NCBI GenBank assembly: GCA_038861545.1
Contig: JAWCCZ010000005.1
Span: 1 to 64,000, forward strand
From: Thermofilaceae archaeon
Lineage (GTDB): Archaea > Thermoproteota > Thermoprotei > Thermofilales > Thermofilaceae
Direction of reading: 5' to 3'
Length of the DNA: 64,000 bases
Positions 37,425 through 47,194 of the stretch are shown piece after piece (the first letter of the stretch is position 1; each line of letters starts with the position of its first letter). The notes under the pieces are model-generated. The model had not been told where the DNA came from. It saw nothing but the letters and a program-made list of their open reading frames with translations, and ran no database searches. A program made the position numbers and the translations under genes.

Positions 37425-39533
37425 GTGCGAACGCTTATACTAATTGTGGTTATTTCCACTTTAAGTGCGCCCATGGCCTTAGGGGGGAATTTCAACGCAT
37501 TATTAACCGTATTTGTAAAGGATGCCCAAGGTTTGGATCTAAAATTCGATACTGAGAAACCCCTTGTGAAATTGGGGAACTATACATGTATTAATAACCA
37601 ATGTAGGTTCAACATAACCCTGTTAAACTATGAAGAAGCATTTCTTCCTCTTAACCTTTCGGTTTTTTGGTTGAGCATACCAGTATACCAAAAAGAGTTT
37701 ACTCTTGAGAACGGAACAACCTATAGTTTTACAGTGAAAGTTAATGCTTCACGGGTTAACGTATCTGGGGTAAATGATAGAAACAGGAAACTTGAAAAAT
37801 GCAAGTTAACACTAAAACCTTATGGGATAGCTAAAACTTACACAGTATCGTGTGGCAATGAAGTTTCACTGCCTTTCGGTACTTATAGTGTTGAAAACGC
37901 TGAAGTACAGTTGGCAACTAGTTTCGTTAAGGTACAAACAGCCATAAGCGGATTCAATGTGGTGAATGGTACTAAATCCATACAAATATCACTCAACGTG
38001 GCTGACAGCATCACTATCCGATTGCTAAAGTCTGATGGTAGCTTAATGAATGACTGCCGCTTAATTTTACTCTTTGACCCGAATAATTATAATGTAACAG
38101 TATATAACGGACGTGTTCAAGGCGGAATAATCCCCTTATACAACCTTCCGTATGGTACCTATCTAGCGGATGTCACCTGGTACGGAGTTAATATACTAAA
38201 GACTATATTCACGATTGGGGGTAAGTACTCCACAATCAACTTGACAAGCAGCCTTTTAGCCCAGGTTAGATTGCAGATCCTAGATACAGATAGTAAGCCG
38301 CTTCAGTTTATAAAAGTAAAAATAACTGGCATGGGAATAGAGAGGGAAGTCACCACTAATGCAGCAGGTTATGTATTCTTGACAGATATACCGCCAGGTA
38401 CGTACTACGTAACCGTCAAATGCATTGGAGGTGAAGCTTCATCCCTTGCAAGGATTACGACCAGTGAATCATGGGCGGTGATCCCTTCTAGACGCTTGAA
38501 TTTGACTATAGTTTCCGAGTACGCGGGAGGTCTTATAACTCCAAACTTGCCCCCTGGCTTATGGGCTTCTATTTACTATAACGACAGTCTATTGAATCAT
38601 TCTGAAAATATTGAGGAGTCTCCTCAGTTAACTTTAAACCTGGATGAACCGGTATGTGTTCAAGCTTCGCTTAAGCTAAAGATCGGTTGGAATGAAAATA
38701 TATTGATTGAAAAAACACTTGTGACTTACTCTAGTCAACTTGTGGAGAAGGTTCCCTTTCTAAATTTAGAGATTAAAGTAACTGATAAGGGGGGTGACCC
38801 TCTGGCAGGAGCTCTAGTAGAAGTCAGTGATGAGCTTGGTGTCAGAACTTTTAAAACCAATGAACGCGGTATTGTATATGTATACCATATTTACGGTAAA
38901 CGTTTCAAGGTTGAAGTTAAATGGGAGGGGGTGAGTGTAGCCTTACAAAACGTGCATGCACCGGCATACTCGCTAGAATTGAATGCAGATGTATGGAAGC
39001 TTCGAGTTGATGTGAAGAATGCTATCGGTAACCCTATTTCTGGTGCATTGATAGTCTTCCTCGTGGAGGGGGAAACTTTTTCCTACGTTGTAAACTCAAC
39101 TACAAGAGATAACGGTATAGTAGAGTTTGTCCTCCCAGTTCCATCCGGCTCCCATGTCGAAATGCGTATGGTGAAGGGAAGGGTGAATGCGAATTACGTA
39201 GTAACAAACAAAGATTTGCAAACTGGGATCATCCAGGTTAACACAGATTTAATACTCGACTACGGACCGCTTCAGTTGCGAGTTGGTGAGGCAATTATAA
39301 TTGCTCTCATGGGAGTTCCCATGTTACTTGCTGTAATAGTAGTGTATAAACGTATAGTTAGACGACAAACAGCTGAAAGTGTTTTTACGGTATATGGTAA
39401 AGAGTTTAAAAGCGAGGAAGAAGAAGGCAAAAGTCTAGTGGAGACGTTGAGAGATCGTTTCAAGACAATATTTAGTGCGGAAGAGAAAGAAGAGGAGAGT
39501 GAAGAAGAAGAGAATGTATTCGAAGAACTATAA
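37425..39533 (+). CDS. Secreted, membrane-anchored glycoprotein with repeated carboxypeptidase-regulatory-like beta-sandwich domains
   Basis: Signal peptide; repeats such as LPFGTY, LPYGTY, IPPGTY and TNAAG/TNERG/TRDNG; many N-X-S/T sequons; C-terminal TM and acidic tail. Confidence 0.8.
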   Translation: MRTLILIVVISTLSAPMALGGNFNALLTVFVKDAQGLDLKFDTEKPLVKLGNYTCINNQCRFNITLLNYEEAFLPLNLSVFWLSIPVYQKEFTLENGTTYSFTVKVNASRVNVSGVNDRNRKLEKCKLTLKPYGIAKTYTVSCGNEVSLPFGTYSVENAEVQLATSFVKVQTAISGFNVVNGTKSIQISLNVADSITIRLLKSDGSLMNDCRLILLFDPNNYNVTVYNGRVQGGIIPLYNLPYGTYLADVTWYGVNILKTIFTIGGKYSTINLTSSLLAQVRLQILDTDSKPLQFIKVKITGMGIEREVTTNAAGYVFLTDIPPGTYYVTVKCIGGEASSLARITTSESWAVIPSRRLNLTIVSEYAGGLITPNLPPGLWASIYYNDSLLNHSENIEESPQLTLNLDEPVCVQASLKLKIGWNENILIEKTLVTYSSQLVEKVPFLNLEIKVTDKGGDPLAGALVEVSDELGVRTFKTNERGIVYVYHIYGKRFKVEVKWEGVSVALQNVHAPAYSLELNADVWKLRVDVKNAIGNPISGALIVFLVEGETFSYVVNSTTRDNGIVEFVLPVPSGSHVEMRMVKGRVNANYVVTNKDLQTGIIQVNTDLILDYGPLQLRVGEAIIIALMGVPMLLAVIVVYKRIVRRQTAESVFTVYGKEFKSEEEEGKSLVETLRDRFKTIFSAEEKEEESEEEENVFEEL

Positions 39534-40533
39534 AAACATAGTAAAAATAGGAGAACCGATTCCGCTTATTGGGCATCTGGCATTTGGAATTATAGATAGA
39601 GGAACGAATCTTCTTCAGATCCGACCCACAAGCTTGTGTCCTCTTTCCTGTATTTTTTGTTCAGTCGACGCTGGTCCTCAATCTAGATGGAGAAAAACTG
39701 AGTATATAGTAGAATTAAACCATTTACTTAATTGGTTCCGATGGGTTGTCGAGGTTAAAGGTTTAGATAAAGTTCACGCTTACATTGACGCGGCTGGCGA
39801 TCCGCTAACCTATCCAGAAATAATTAAGCTTGTTCAAGAACTGAAATCCATGGAATTTGTAGAGACGGTTGCTCTAGAAACTCGTGGCATGCTTCTCACA
39901 AACAAATTAGCGGACGCCTTAGACGAGGCAGGACTTGATAGGATAAACCTTTCAATTGACGCTCTAAATCCTGAATTGGCTAAGCGATTAGTTAATACTC
40001 CACGATTCGATGTAGAGCAGGTAGCAAAAGTAGCCGAGTATATTGCTGGTAGCTTACGAATGGATTTACTGATAGCACCAGTATGGATACCGGGTCTTAA
40101 TAATGAGGAAATACCTAAAATTATAGCGTGGGCGCTCGATATAGGAGCTGGTAAGAGGTGGCCTCCACTTGGCATACAGAAATACGAGTTTCATAAATAC
40201 GGTAGACAGCCTCGTGGTGTTATACCCATGAAATGGAGAGACTTCTATGATAACCTCCGAAAGTGGGAAAATGAATACGGCGTTAACCTGGTGCTTAAAC
40301 CTTCTGACTTCGGAATCAGAAAAACAAATAGGGTACCTCTTGCTTTTAGTAGATTTGAGCGGGTAAACGTGAAAATAATGGCTCCTGGCTGGATGAGGAA
40401 TCAAGAAATTGGTGTAGCTAGAAGTCGAGTAGTCACAGTGATCATGGCAAATGAGAGAGCGGTTCGAAGAAAAGTATCGGTAAAAATTCTCAGAACTAAG
40501 AATAACATATACATTGCGCAGTCAGAGCTATGA
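39514..40533 (+). CDS. Radical SAM protein with C-terminal TRAM-like domain (uncharacterised archaeal family)
   Basis: IPLIGHLAFGIIDRGTN, CPLSCIFC and C-terminal VKILRTKNNIYIA. Confidence 0.85.
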   Translation: MYSKNYKNIVKIGEPIPLIGHLAFGIIDRGTNLLQIRPTSLCPLSCIFCSVDAGPQSRWRKTEYIVELNHLLNWFRWVVEVKGLDKVHAYIDAAGDPLTYPEIIKLVQELKSMEFVETVALETRGMLLTNKLADALDEAGLDRINLSIDALNPELAKRLVNTPRFDVEQVAKVAEYIAGSLRMDLLIAPVWIPGLNNEEIPKIIAWALDIGAGKRWPPLGIQKYEFHKYGRQPRGVIPMKWRDFYDNLRKWENEYGVNLVLKPSDFGIRKTNRVPLAFSRFERVNVKIMAPGWMRNQEIGVARSRVVTVIMANERAVRRKVSVKILRTKNNIYIAQSEL

Positions 40534-40558
40534 ATGAAGAATAATAAAAGATCGGGGG

Positions 40559-41860
40559 GTGAGGAGGCTAGTGCCTTACGATAGGCCTAGAGGGACAAGA
40601 GACTACTTTCCCGAAGAAAGTGATGAACGAAGGCTAGTTATCGAGAAACTTAGGCATACATTCGAGCTCTATGGTTATGGTGAAGTAATTACACCAGCGT
40701 TTGAACATCTAGAACTGCTAGTAGCTAAAGCAGGCGAAGATGTTATAAACCAAATATACTGGTTCAAGGATAAGGGGGGACGTGAACTCGGCTTACGTTT
40801 CGAACTCACCACTCCGATAGCTAGAATTGTAGCTGAAAATCCTTCACTTTCAAAACCCATCAGGTTTTATTATATTCAGCCGGTTTGGAGATACGAGGAA
40901 CCCCAAAAAGGAAGGTTAAGAGAGTTCTGGCAAGCTGGGATCGAGTTAATAGGTGTACCAGATATCTCTGCTGATGCTGAGGTTATCGCACTCTTAGTAA
41001 ACTCGTTAAGAAAAACCGGGCTAAAGAATTATTGTGTACACATTAATGATAGGCTCCTAATAGAGCATTTATTGGCTTGGGCCCGTATACCTCCTGACTC
41101 ATTAAACACGGCATTCAGAGTAATAGATAAGCTAGAGAAAAAAGGCGTTCAATACGTTGCGGACCAGCTTTCCAACTTAAGTACACAACCAGACCGTATA
41201 CCCAAGTTGCTTGAACTTCTGACATCGAGTGACATTACTCAAATAGAAAAGTTGAGTCTTACACTTGAAGCACGAGAAAGTATAGCGTCCTTAAACTCCT
41301 TAATTTCAGAGCTAGAGAATGCTTATGGTCTAGCCGACTACGTTCAGCTTGATTTGAGCGTGGTAAGAGGGCTTGACTACTATACAAGTTTAGTATATGA
41401 GGTAAAAACTCCTATAGTTGGAGAGTTGGGAAGCATTGCCGGTGGTGGTAGGTACGACGATCTGATACGATTAGTTGGAGGGCCGCAGCTGCCAGCTACG
41501 GGTATGGCTATCGGTATCGAACGCCTAATTGAGTGCTTAAGAAAAGAGGGTGTATTACCTTTCCGGCGTGAAAGAAGGGGAGTAATGGTCATTCCGATAG
41601 AACAAAAGTATAGATACAATGCTATTAGTATTGCTGAGAAATTAAGGAATAATGGGATAACAACAGTAGTAGAGTTAAGTTCTAGGAAACTCTCTACGAC
41701 ATTAGAGGTTGCCAATAAACGCGGTTTTAGATACGCGTTAATTATAGGTAAGACAGAAATAGAAAAAGGTTTCATAACGATTAAAGATTTAGAACTTTGG
41801 AAGGAAGAAAAAACTAATATAGAAGATTTTATAAATATTTACAGTAAAGTTGTCTTATAA
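40559..41860 (+). CDS. hisS: Histidine--tRNA ligase
   Basis: PRGTRDY, LRFELTTP, WRYEEPQKGRLREFWQ, VRGLDYY and GGGRYD. Confidence 0.97.
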   Translation: MRRLVPYDRPRGTRDYFPEESDERRLVIEKLRHTFELYGYGEVITPAFEHLELLVAKAGEDVINQIYWFKDKGGRELGLRFELTTPIARIVAENPSLSKPIRFYYIQPVWRYEEPQKGRLREFWQAGIELIGVPDISADAEVIALLVNSLRKTGLKNYCVHINDRLLIEHLLAWARIPPDSLNTAFRVIDKLEKKGVQYVADQLSNLSTQPDRIPKLLELLTSSDITQIEKLSLTLEARESIASLNSLISELENAYGLADYVQLDLSVVRGLDYYTSLVYEVKTPIVGELGSIAGGGRYDDLIRLVGGPQLPATGMAIGIERLIECLRKEGVLPFRRERRGVMVIPIEQKYRYNAISIAEKLRNNGITTVVELSSRKLSTTLEVANKRGFRYALIIGKTEIEKGFITIKDLELWKEEKTNIEDFINIYSKVVL

Positions 41861-42922
41861 ACCTTGAATGGATTTTATAGCCTCTTTCAACCTTCCAATA
41901 GTAGCTACTGGAGTTGGATCAACACCTTGATGTAGAGCCAGCACATATGATGTTAAATCTACTATGCCTAGAAGCTCTAAGATCTCGGATAAACGGTTAC
42001 CTCCAGATGAAACTACGTCAGCTGCGCCTACTTCCCGTTCCTTAAGCAATTCCTTCCAAAAATCTATGGTAACCTTTAATTCCGTTGGCTCCTCTGATCC
42101 TCGGATAAATATTGCTTGATACTTGGCAGCTAATTTGCCTTCCCATCCCATTATCTCGTTGTGGTTAGCTTCAGGTAGTTCTGCAAAAAACGCATGGTAT
42201 TTCGCGTTCTCATTTATCTGCGTTTTTAGCCTGAAGCCAACTGAGCTGTAAGGTTGATAAGAGTAAATAAGGGGGACTTTGTCTTTTAGAAAAGCGGCAA
42301 GCTTTGTGGGAAGGCTTTCTTGAGGGTCTTGTTTGAAGACTTCCATAACTCTTCGTAATCCCTGAGTAACTTCAGTCACTACTATTGGCTTTAGCAGGCC
42401 AGCTGTTTCAAAGGCTCTGAGACATGCTGCCAGCATTGGTGCTACTGCGGTTCTAGGAGGTCTACCAACTGGCAATTTGTAAATCAAGCCCCCTGATTTT
42501 GAAGCCATTCTTTCGAGCGCACCGCCGGATGTTATAGCTATTAACTGCGCGCCTTTCGTTACTCCTCGAATAGCGCACTCTAGCGTCTCTGCAGTATTAC
42601 CGGAATAACTTAAAGCTATAAGTAATGTATCTTTTCCAAGATAAGCTGGTAATTTAAACCCTCTGACAACTTCAATGGGAACTTCAACCGAGTCTAACAT
42701 TAAGCTTCTGACCAGATCTCCTGCTATCGCGGATCCTCCCATTCCTGCAATTACTACGTTCTTCCAAGACACCTGCGGTAATTTTCTAGATATAATTTTA
42801 TGCAAATCTATCTCGCCATATTTCCTATAATATTCTTCAAATTCAACAGGTTCAGCTAATATTAGATGTAGCATTTTAGATTTATCGAGAGATTTTACTA
42901 GATCGCCTATGTTCATCGACAA
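41855..42922 (-). CDS. Bifunctional phosphoglucose/phosphomannose isomerase
   Basis: GMGGSAIAG, SYSGNTAET, TSGG, PPR, KTQINENAK and PEANHNE. Confidence 0.92.
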   Translation of the reverse strand: MSMNIGDLVKSLDKSKMLHLILAEPVEFEEYYRKYGEIDLHKIISRKLPQVSWKNVVIAGMGGSAIAGDLVRSLMLDSVEVPIEVVRGFKLPAYLGKDTLLIALSYSGNTAETLECAIRGVTKGAQLIAITSGGALERMASKSGGLIYKLPVGRPPRTAVAPMLAACLRAFETAGLLKPIVVTEVTQGLRRVMEVFKQDPQESLPTKLAAFLKDKVPLIYSYQPYSSVGFRLKTQINENAKYHAFFAELPEANHNEIMGWEGKLAAKYQAIFIRGSEEPTELKVTIDFWKELLKEREVGAADVVSSGGNRLSEILELLGIVDLTSYVLALHQGVDPTPVATIGRLKEAIKSIQGL

Positions 42923-43043
42923 GTATCTAGCTTCCTCCTATTTATCCCCCTCGCAGAGCATTCTAAGTAAGGCTGTGAACACCGTTATAAAACTTAGACT
43001 GATTGTGCGGCTCGAAAAATTTATAGCCTTTATAGAAACTAGT

Positions 43044-43466
43044 ATGACTATGGAAAGTGAGGAGAAGGCCATATTAGAGAAAATGACTAAAAAAATTGTT
43101 GGAGAATGGTTAAACTCCGTCAAAGAAATGACGTGTCCTAAAGGGATACTCCATGTTAATAGTAAGGATTTCGATGAACTACTAAGAAAATGTGATATAG
43201 TGCTAGTTGATTTTTGGGCGGAGTGGTGTGGACCCTGCAGGATGATTGAACCAATAGTTGAAAGCCTTGCTGTCAAATATGCATCCAAAGTCGCTATAGC
43301 TAAAGTAAATGTAGACGAAAACAGCGAAGCGGCTTTTGAGTATGGAGTAATGAGCATCCCTACCCTCGTAATCTTCTATAAAGGTAAAGAGTATAAGAGA
43401 TTTGTTGGTTATTATCCAGCTTTAGCTAGAGACTTGGATTATGCTCTAAAAACCCTCGTTTCCTGA
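43044..43466 (+). CDS. trxA: Thioredoxin
   Basis: DFWAEWCGPC and VMSIPT. Start set to ATG 43044 or 43050. Confidence 0.93.
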   Translation: MTMESEEKAILEKMTKKIVGEWLNSVKEMTCPKGILHVNSKDFDELLRKCDIVLVDFWAEWCGPCRMIEPIVESLAVKYASKVAIAKVNVDENSEAAFEYGVMSIPTLVIFYKGKEYKRFVGYYPALARDLDYALKTLVS

Positions 43467-43709
43467 ATTCACTATAACCATCAACACATCAGGTATTTTT
43501 CCACTTCTTACGCATGCTTCGTATATTCTCCATACTCTTTTAGATGTGACCAGACCAGCGTAAAACCCCTGCTGCTCAAGATCATTCTTAACGCGATCTA
43601 CCAGATCCCCGGGATGGATGAAAGGATCTTTAGCTAAAACTCTCATTAGTGCAGAGACTATGTCTATGTTTCGAGGATATGGTTTTTTGTTAGAACGGCC
43701 TCTTCCCAT
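43446..43709 (-). CDS. Small conserved hypothetical protein
   Basis: 87 aa; YP...DI, HP.D, LVTSKRVWRIYE..V..G.IPDVL pattern typical of a crenarchaeal conserved family. Confidence 0.7.
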   Translation of the reverse strand: MGRGRSNKKPYPRNIDIVSALMRVLAKDPFIHPGDLVDRVKNDLEQQGFYAGLVTSKRVWRIYEACVRSGKIPDVLMVIVNSGNEGF

Positions 43710-43721
43710 ATTTCAACGCCT

Positions 43722-43777
43722 GGTCGGCTTACCTCCTTTTCCTCATCAGGCTCAGGTAAAAATACATTCTTCATCCC
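43722..43777 (-). ncRNA. Candidate C/D-box guide sRNA
   Basis: Minus strand: GGG-ATGAAGA(C)-ATGTATTTTTAC-CTGA(D')-GCC-TGATGA(C')-GGAAAAGGAGGTAAG-CCGA(D)-CC. All four boxes at canonical spacing. Confidence 0.7.
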
Positions 43778-43809
43778 TCATGCTTCTTGGATGGATTTAA
43801 AAAAAAAGC

Positions 43810-44121
43810 TTAGCGTGATATAAGAATATATACTAACTCTTTCACATCCTCGTCGAACTCCTTGCGTAATACCTTCTCTCCTATTAGTCTTGCTATAATC
43901 CTGTAAAGCGTAGCTGGGGTTAGACCCCTGACCTTAGCCCACTCGTAAAGCTCTGACTTAGTAACTTTACCTCCCTTCTCCTCTACGAAGGATACTATGA
44001 GTTCTTCTTCAACAGGATAAGATTTACTTTCAACATGCATGTTTTCAACTTTGAGAAAAGCCAGAAGGTTCTCATTATGCTGGCTCTCCTTTGTCGAATC
44101 ACGTCCCTTCTTTGATACCAC
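43810..44121 (-). CDS. Small winged-helix protein
   Basis: EELIVSFVEEKGGKVTKSELYEW...TLYRIIARLIGEKVL plus beta-wing; start uncertain. Confidence 0.65.
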   Translation of the reverse strand: MVSKKGRDSTKESQHNENLLAFLKVENMHVESKSYPVEEELIVSFVEEKGGKVTKSELYEWAKVRGLTPATLYRIIARLIGEKVLRKEFDEDVKELVYILISR

Positions 44122-44157
44122 AGTTAATAAGTTGAAATCATTTATAATTAAATATTA

Positions 44158-44601
44158 TCATTTTCCTTCCAAATTTATTTTTTTAAATCTAAGTATCAGA
44201 TCCCTGTCTTTGCCTATAAGGTCCCTGTAACTATTAAACTCTGCATCGCTAATAGTTCTAAAGAAGTCTGCTGCAATATAAGTCTCATCCCGAAAACTAC
44301 CTATCCTGCCAAATACTTCTATGCAGTTATCTATGGGAAATGACCTCAACTTGTTTGCAACGTTGTTCCATGCTCGTACACGTGCATTACCCTCATCATC
44401 GATTATCATGATTTCGATAAATTTCCTGAAATCATGTAATTCTTTAACCTTGCCGGCCATACGAACTCTATTAACCTTTAAGTATACACCCTTATAGGTT
44501 AGCTTAAAAATCACCTCGAATCCCTTTTCCGAGATTTCAATTTTATTGATTTCATGTGGCAGCACTCTAATATACACTCTCCTGACGTCGAGTTCCCCCA
44601 T
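44158..44601 (-). CDS. OB-fold nucleic-acid-binding protein (RPA2/RPA32-like)
   Basis: VNRVRMAGKV, IIDDEGNARVRAW and IEVFGRIGSFRDETYI OB-fold pattern. Confidence 0.75.
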   Translation of the reverse strand: MGELDVRRVYIRVLPHEINKIEISEKGFEVIFKLTYKGVYLKVNRVRMAGKVKELHDFRKFIEIMIIDDEGNARVRAWNNVANKLRSFPIDNCIEVFGRIGSFRDETYIAADFFRTISDAEFNSYRDLIGKDRDLILRFKKINLEGK

Positions 44602-44668
44602 ACCTAAAGCGTTCTGCTAACGAAATAACCTTTTTTAACATAACCTTCAAAGGAAAAGCGGGCAGAAC

Positions 44669-45346
44669 ATGCCCAAAGTTAACACTAAACTTGTTTTATG
44701 GGATGAAGTAGTAGAATGGTGTAGAAAACTAGCTGAGAAGGTGAAAATGGATGGCTTTAAACCCGACGTTGTAGTAGCTGTTGCTAGAGGAGGCTACGTG
44801 CCTGCAAGGTTACTGTGTGATTTCTTAGATGTTCATGACCTAATAAGTCTGCAAATCCTGCATTGGGGAAAAGCTGCAGAAATTACAGCTGTGGCTCACG
44901 TCAAGTACCCATTCGTCATCGATCTCTCAGGTAAAAGAGTTATACTAGTAGATGATATTATAGATACAGGCGAATCTGTAATTGTTGCTAAAGATTATAT
45001 ACTCAATAAGTGGAAAACCGCTGAATTGAAAACCGCGGCTATGCAATGGATATCTTCAGTTGCTAAAATTAAACCGGATTTTTACGTAGAAGAAATTAAA
45101 GAATGGATATGGTACCAGTATCCTTGGACCAGGGCTGAGGATACTACAAATTTCTTTGAAAAAATTATAAAAGAAAGTGCTAAAGAGGAAAAAATCGAAT
45201 GGACCTATGAAGAGTTGGTAAAAGAATTTAGAAACTGGTATGGAATAGACGTAGGAGAAACATATTATAAAATTGCTTTGAGCAGACTACTGGAAAATGG
45301 ACTTATTGAACGACGTGGTGAACATTATATAGTGAGAAAACAGTGA
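44669..45346 (+). CDS. Purine phosphoribosyltransferase with C-terminal winged-helix-like extension
   Basis: VAVARGG, PRPP motif VILVDDIIDTGES and WYQYPW. Confidence 0.9.
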   Translation: MPKVNTKLVLWDEVVEWCRKLAEKVKMDGFKPDVVVAVARGGYVPARLLCDFLDVHDLISLQILHWGKAAEITAVAHVKYPFVIDLSGKRVILVDDIIDTGESVIVAKDYILNKWKTAELKTAAMQWISSVAKIKPDFYVEEIKEWIWYQYPWTRAEDTTNFFEKIIKESAKEEKIEWTYEELVKEFRNWYGIDVGETYYKIALSRLLENGLIERRGEHYIVRKQ

Positions 45347-46278
45347 TCGATGGAGTCAAAGTCTATAAGGATGGAGGAATCGTAGTCGAGAGTAAAGGTA
45401 GAAAGATCTTAATTGACCCTTGCTCTATACCGGGCATTAAGCCAAGCGCAATCTTTGTTTCACATGCACATAGAGATCATTACAGCCTAAAAGTGCTGAA
45501 GACCTTGCGTGGAGTCCCTAAGATCATGAGCCAAGCTACGCGTGAGTTGATAGACCCTCATGGGACCCTTGATAACGTAATTATAGTCAACGGGGGATTG
45601 GTTGCTGAGCTTGAAGGATTAACCCTGGAGTTTCACGAGGCTGGACATATTATAGGGAGTTTACAGTTGAGAATCGATACTGGACTTAGAATAGTTTATA
45701 CTGGCGATTTCTGTCTCGAGAAAAGAATCGTGCTTAGACCCGCCCCCGTTCTTAAGGCCGATGTTTTAATAATTGATGCAACTTATGGTCATCCTAATTA
45801 TAGTCTTCCGCCGAGAGGAACTTTGTATAAAAAGTTGCTGGAGATTGCTACAGAGCGCGTGGAACTCGGCGAAAATCTTTCAATCGCGGCTAGGGCTTTA
45901 GGTACTGGACAGGAAGTTACTGCTCTTCTTTCCTTATCAGCTAAGTTAACCCCTTTGGTCGAGAGAAAAGTTGCAGAAAGGAACAAAGTATACGAGAAAT
46001 ATGGTGAAATTTTAGGCAACTATGCAGTCTTTGATAGGATTCCTCCTTCCAGCGGTATAACGTTAACTGCTCTGTCTCAGTCAACTCAAGGTGAATTGAT
46101 ATGTACCGGCTGGGCAATAAATACTGGTATTCCGATGTCAAGTCATGCAGATTACGATGATCTCCTGGAATACGTTAAGCTTAGTGACGCATATAATGTT
46201 TTCACATTTTCACGTTTCTCTAAGGTATTTTCAAAACATCTTTCAAAAGAATTAGGCGTCGCGGCTATCTCACTTTAA
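45343..46278 (+). CDS. MBL-fold metallo-hydrolase (beta-CASP-like nuclease)
   Basis: SHAHRDH, AGHIIGS, YTGDF, DATYG and SSHADY. Confidence 0.87.
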   Translation: MIDGVKVYKDGGIVVESKGRKILIDPCSIPGIKPSAIFVSHAHRDHYSLKVLKTLRGVPKIMSQATRELIDPHGTLDNVIIVNGGLVAELEGLTLEFHEAGHIIGSLQLRIDTGLRIVYTGDFCLEKRIVLRPAPVLKADVLIIDATYGHPNYSLPPRGTLYKKLLEIATERVELGENLSIAARALGTGQEVTALLSLSAKLTPLVERKVAERNKVYEKYGEILGNYAVFDRIPPSSGITLTALSQSTQGELICTGWAINTGIPMSSHADYDDLLEYVKLSDAYNVFTFSRFSKVFSKHLSKELGVAAISL

Positions 46279-46329
46279 CCAAGTTTTGCAAGTTAAAACG
46301 ACAAATATTTTTATGGATAATATATTTCA

Positions 46330-47136
46330 ATGCTGATGATAAAACCCAAGGAGAAAGCTGAAATTGGTATAATAGGAGGATCAGGGCTTTATGACCCCGC
46401 AATTCTCGAAAATGTTAAAGAATTGAAAATATACACTCCTTTTGGCTCGCCCTCTGACCTTATAACCATCGGTACATTAAAAGGTCGGAAAATAGCTTTT
46501 CTGCCCCGGCATGGAAAAGGTCATAGAATTCCACCACACCTAATAAATTATCGAGCCAACATATGGGCCCTAAAGGAGCTTGGTGTAGAAAGGATAGTAT
46601 CGGTTAGCGCAGTTGGTAGTTTGCGCGAAGACTATAAACCGGGAGATTTCGTCAATACAGACCAGTTTATTGATATGACTAAAAACAGGGTATACACGTT
46701 TTTCGATGGTCAAACAGTTGCTCATGTAAGCATGGCAGACCCCTTCTGTCCTGAACTCAGAGAAATCGGAAGTAAAGTGGCCAAACGCCTGGGTATAACC
46801 ATGCATGAAAGAGGAACCTACGTATGTATAGAAGGGCCAAGGTTCTCGACGCGGGCTGAGTCGAGACTTTGGAGAAAGTTTGATGCAGATATAGTTGGTA
46901 TGACCCTAGTACCTGAAGTAAACCTGGCTAGAGAAGCTGGGATGTGTTTCGTCAATATAGCAATGGTCACGGATTATGATGTATGGGCTGAAAAGGCAGT
47001 AACCGCCCATGAAGTATCCAGGGTAATGGCCGAAAACATTGAAAAAGTGAAGAAACTATTGTATGAAATAGTTCCCGAAACACCGTTGGAACGCCGCTGC
47101 GGATGCGATAAATACTTAGGGGAAGCCGTTCTCTAG
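46330..47136 (+). CDS. mtnP: S-methyl-5'-thioadenosine phosphorylase
   Basis: [37 protein letters not shown] and VTDYD. Confidence 0.95.
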   Translation: MLMIKPKEKAEIGIIGGSGLYDPAILENVKELKIYTPFGSPSDLITIGTLKGRKIAFLPRHGKGHRIPPHLINYRANIWALKELGVERIVSVSAVGSLREDYKPGDFVNTDQFIDMTKNRVYTFFDGQTVAHVSMADPFCPELREIGSKVAKRLGITMHERGTYVCIEGPRFSTRAESRLWRKFDADIVGMTLVPEVNLAREAGMCFVNIAMVTDYDVWAEKAVTAHEVSRVMAENIEKVKKLLYEIVPETPLERRCGCDKYLGEAVL

Positions 47137-47194
47137 TTTTACATATTTTTACCCTGACTAAATTTTTATACGTTGCAAAGATGCCGATGTATGG

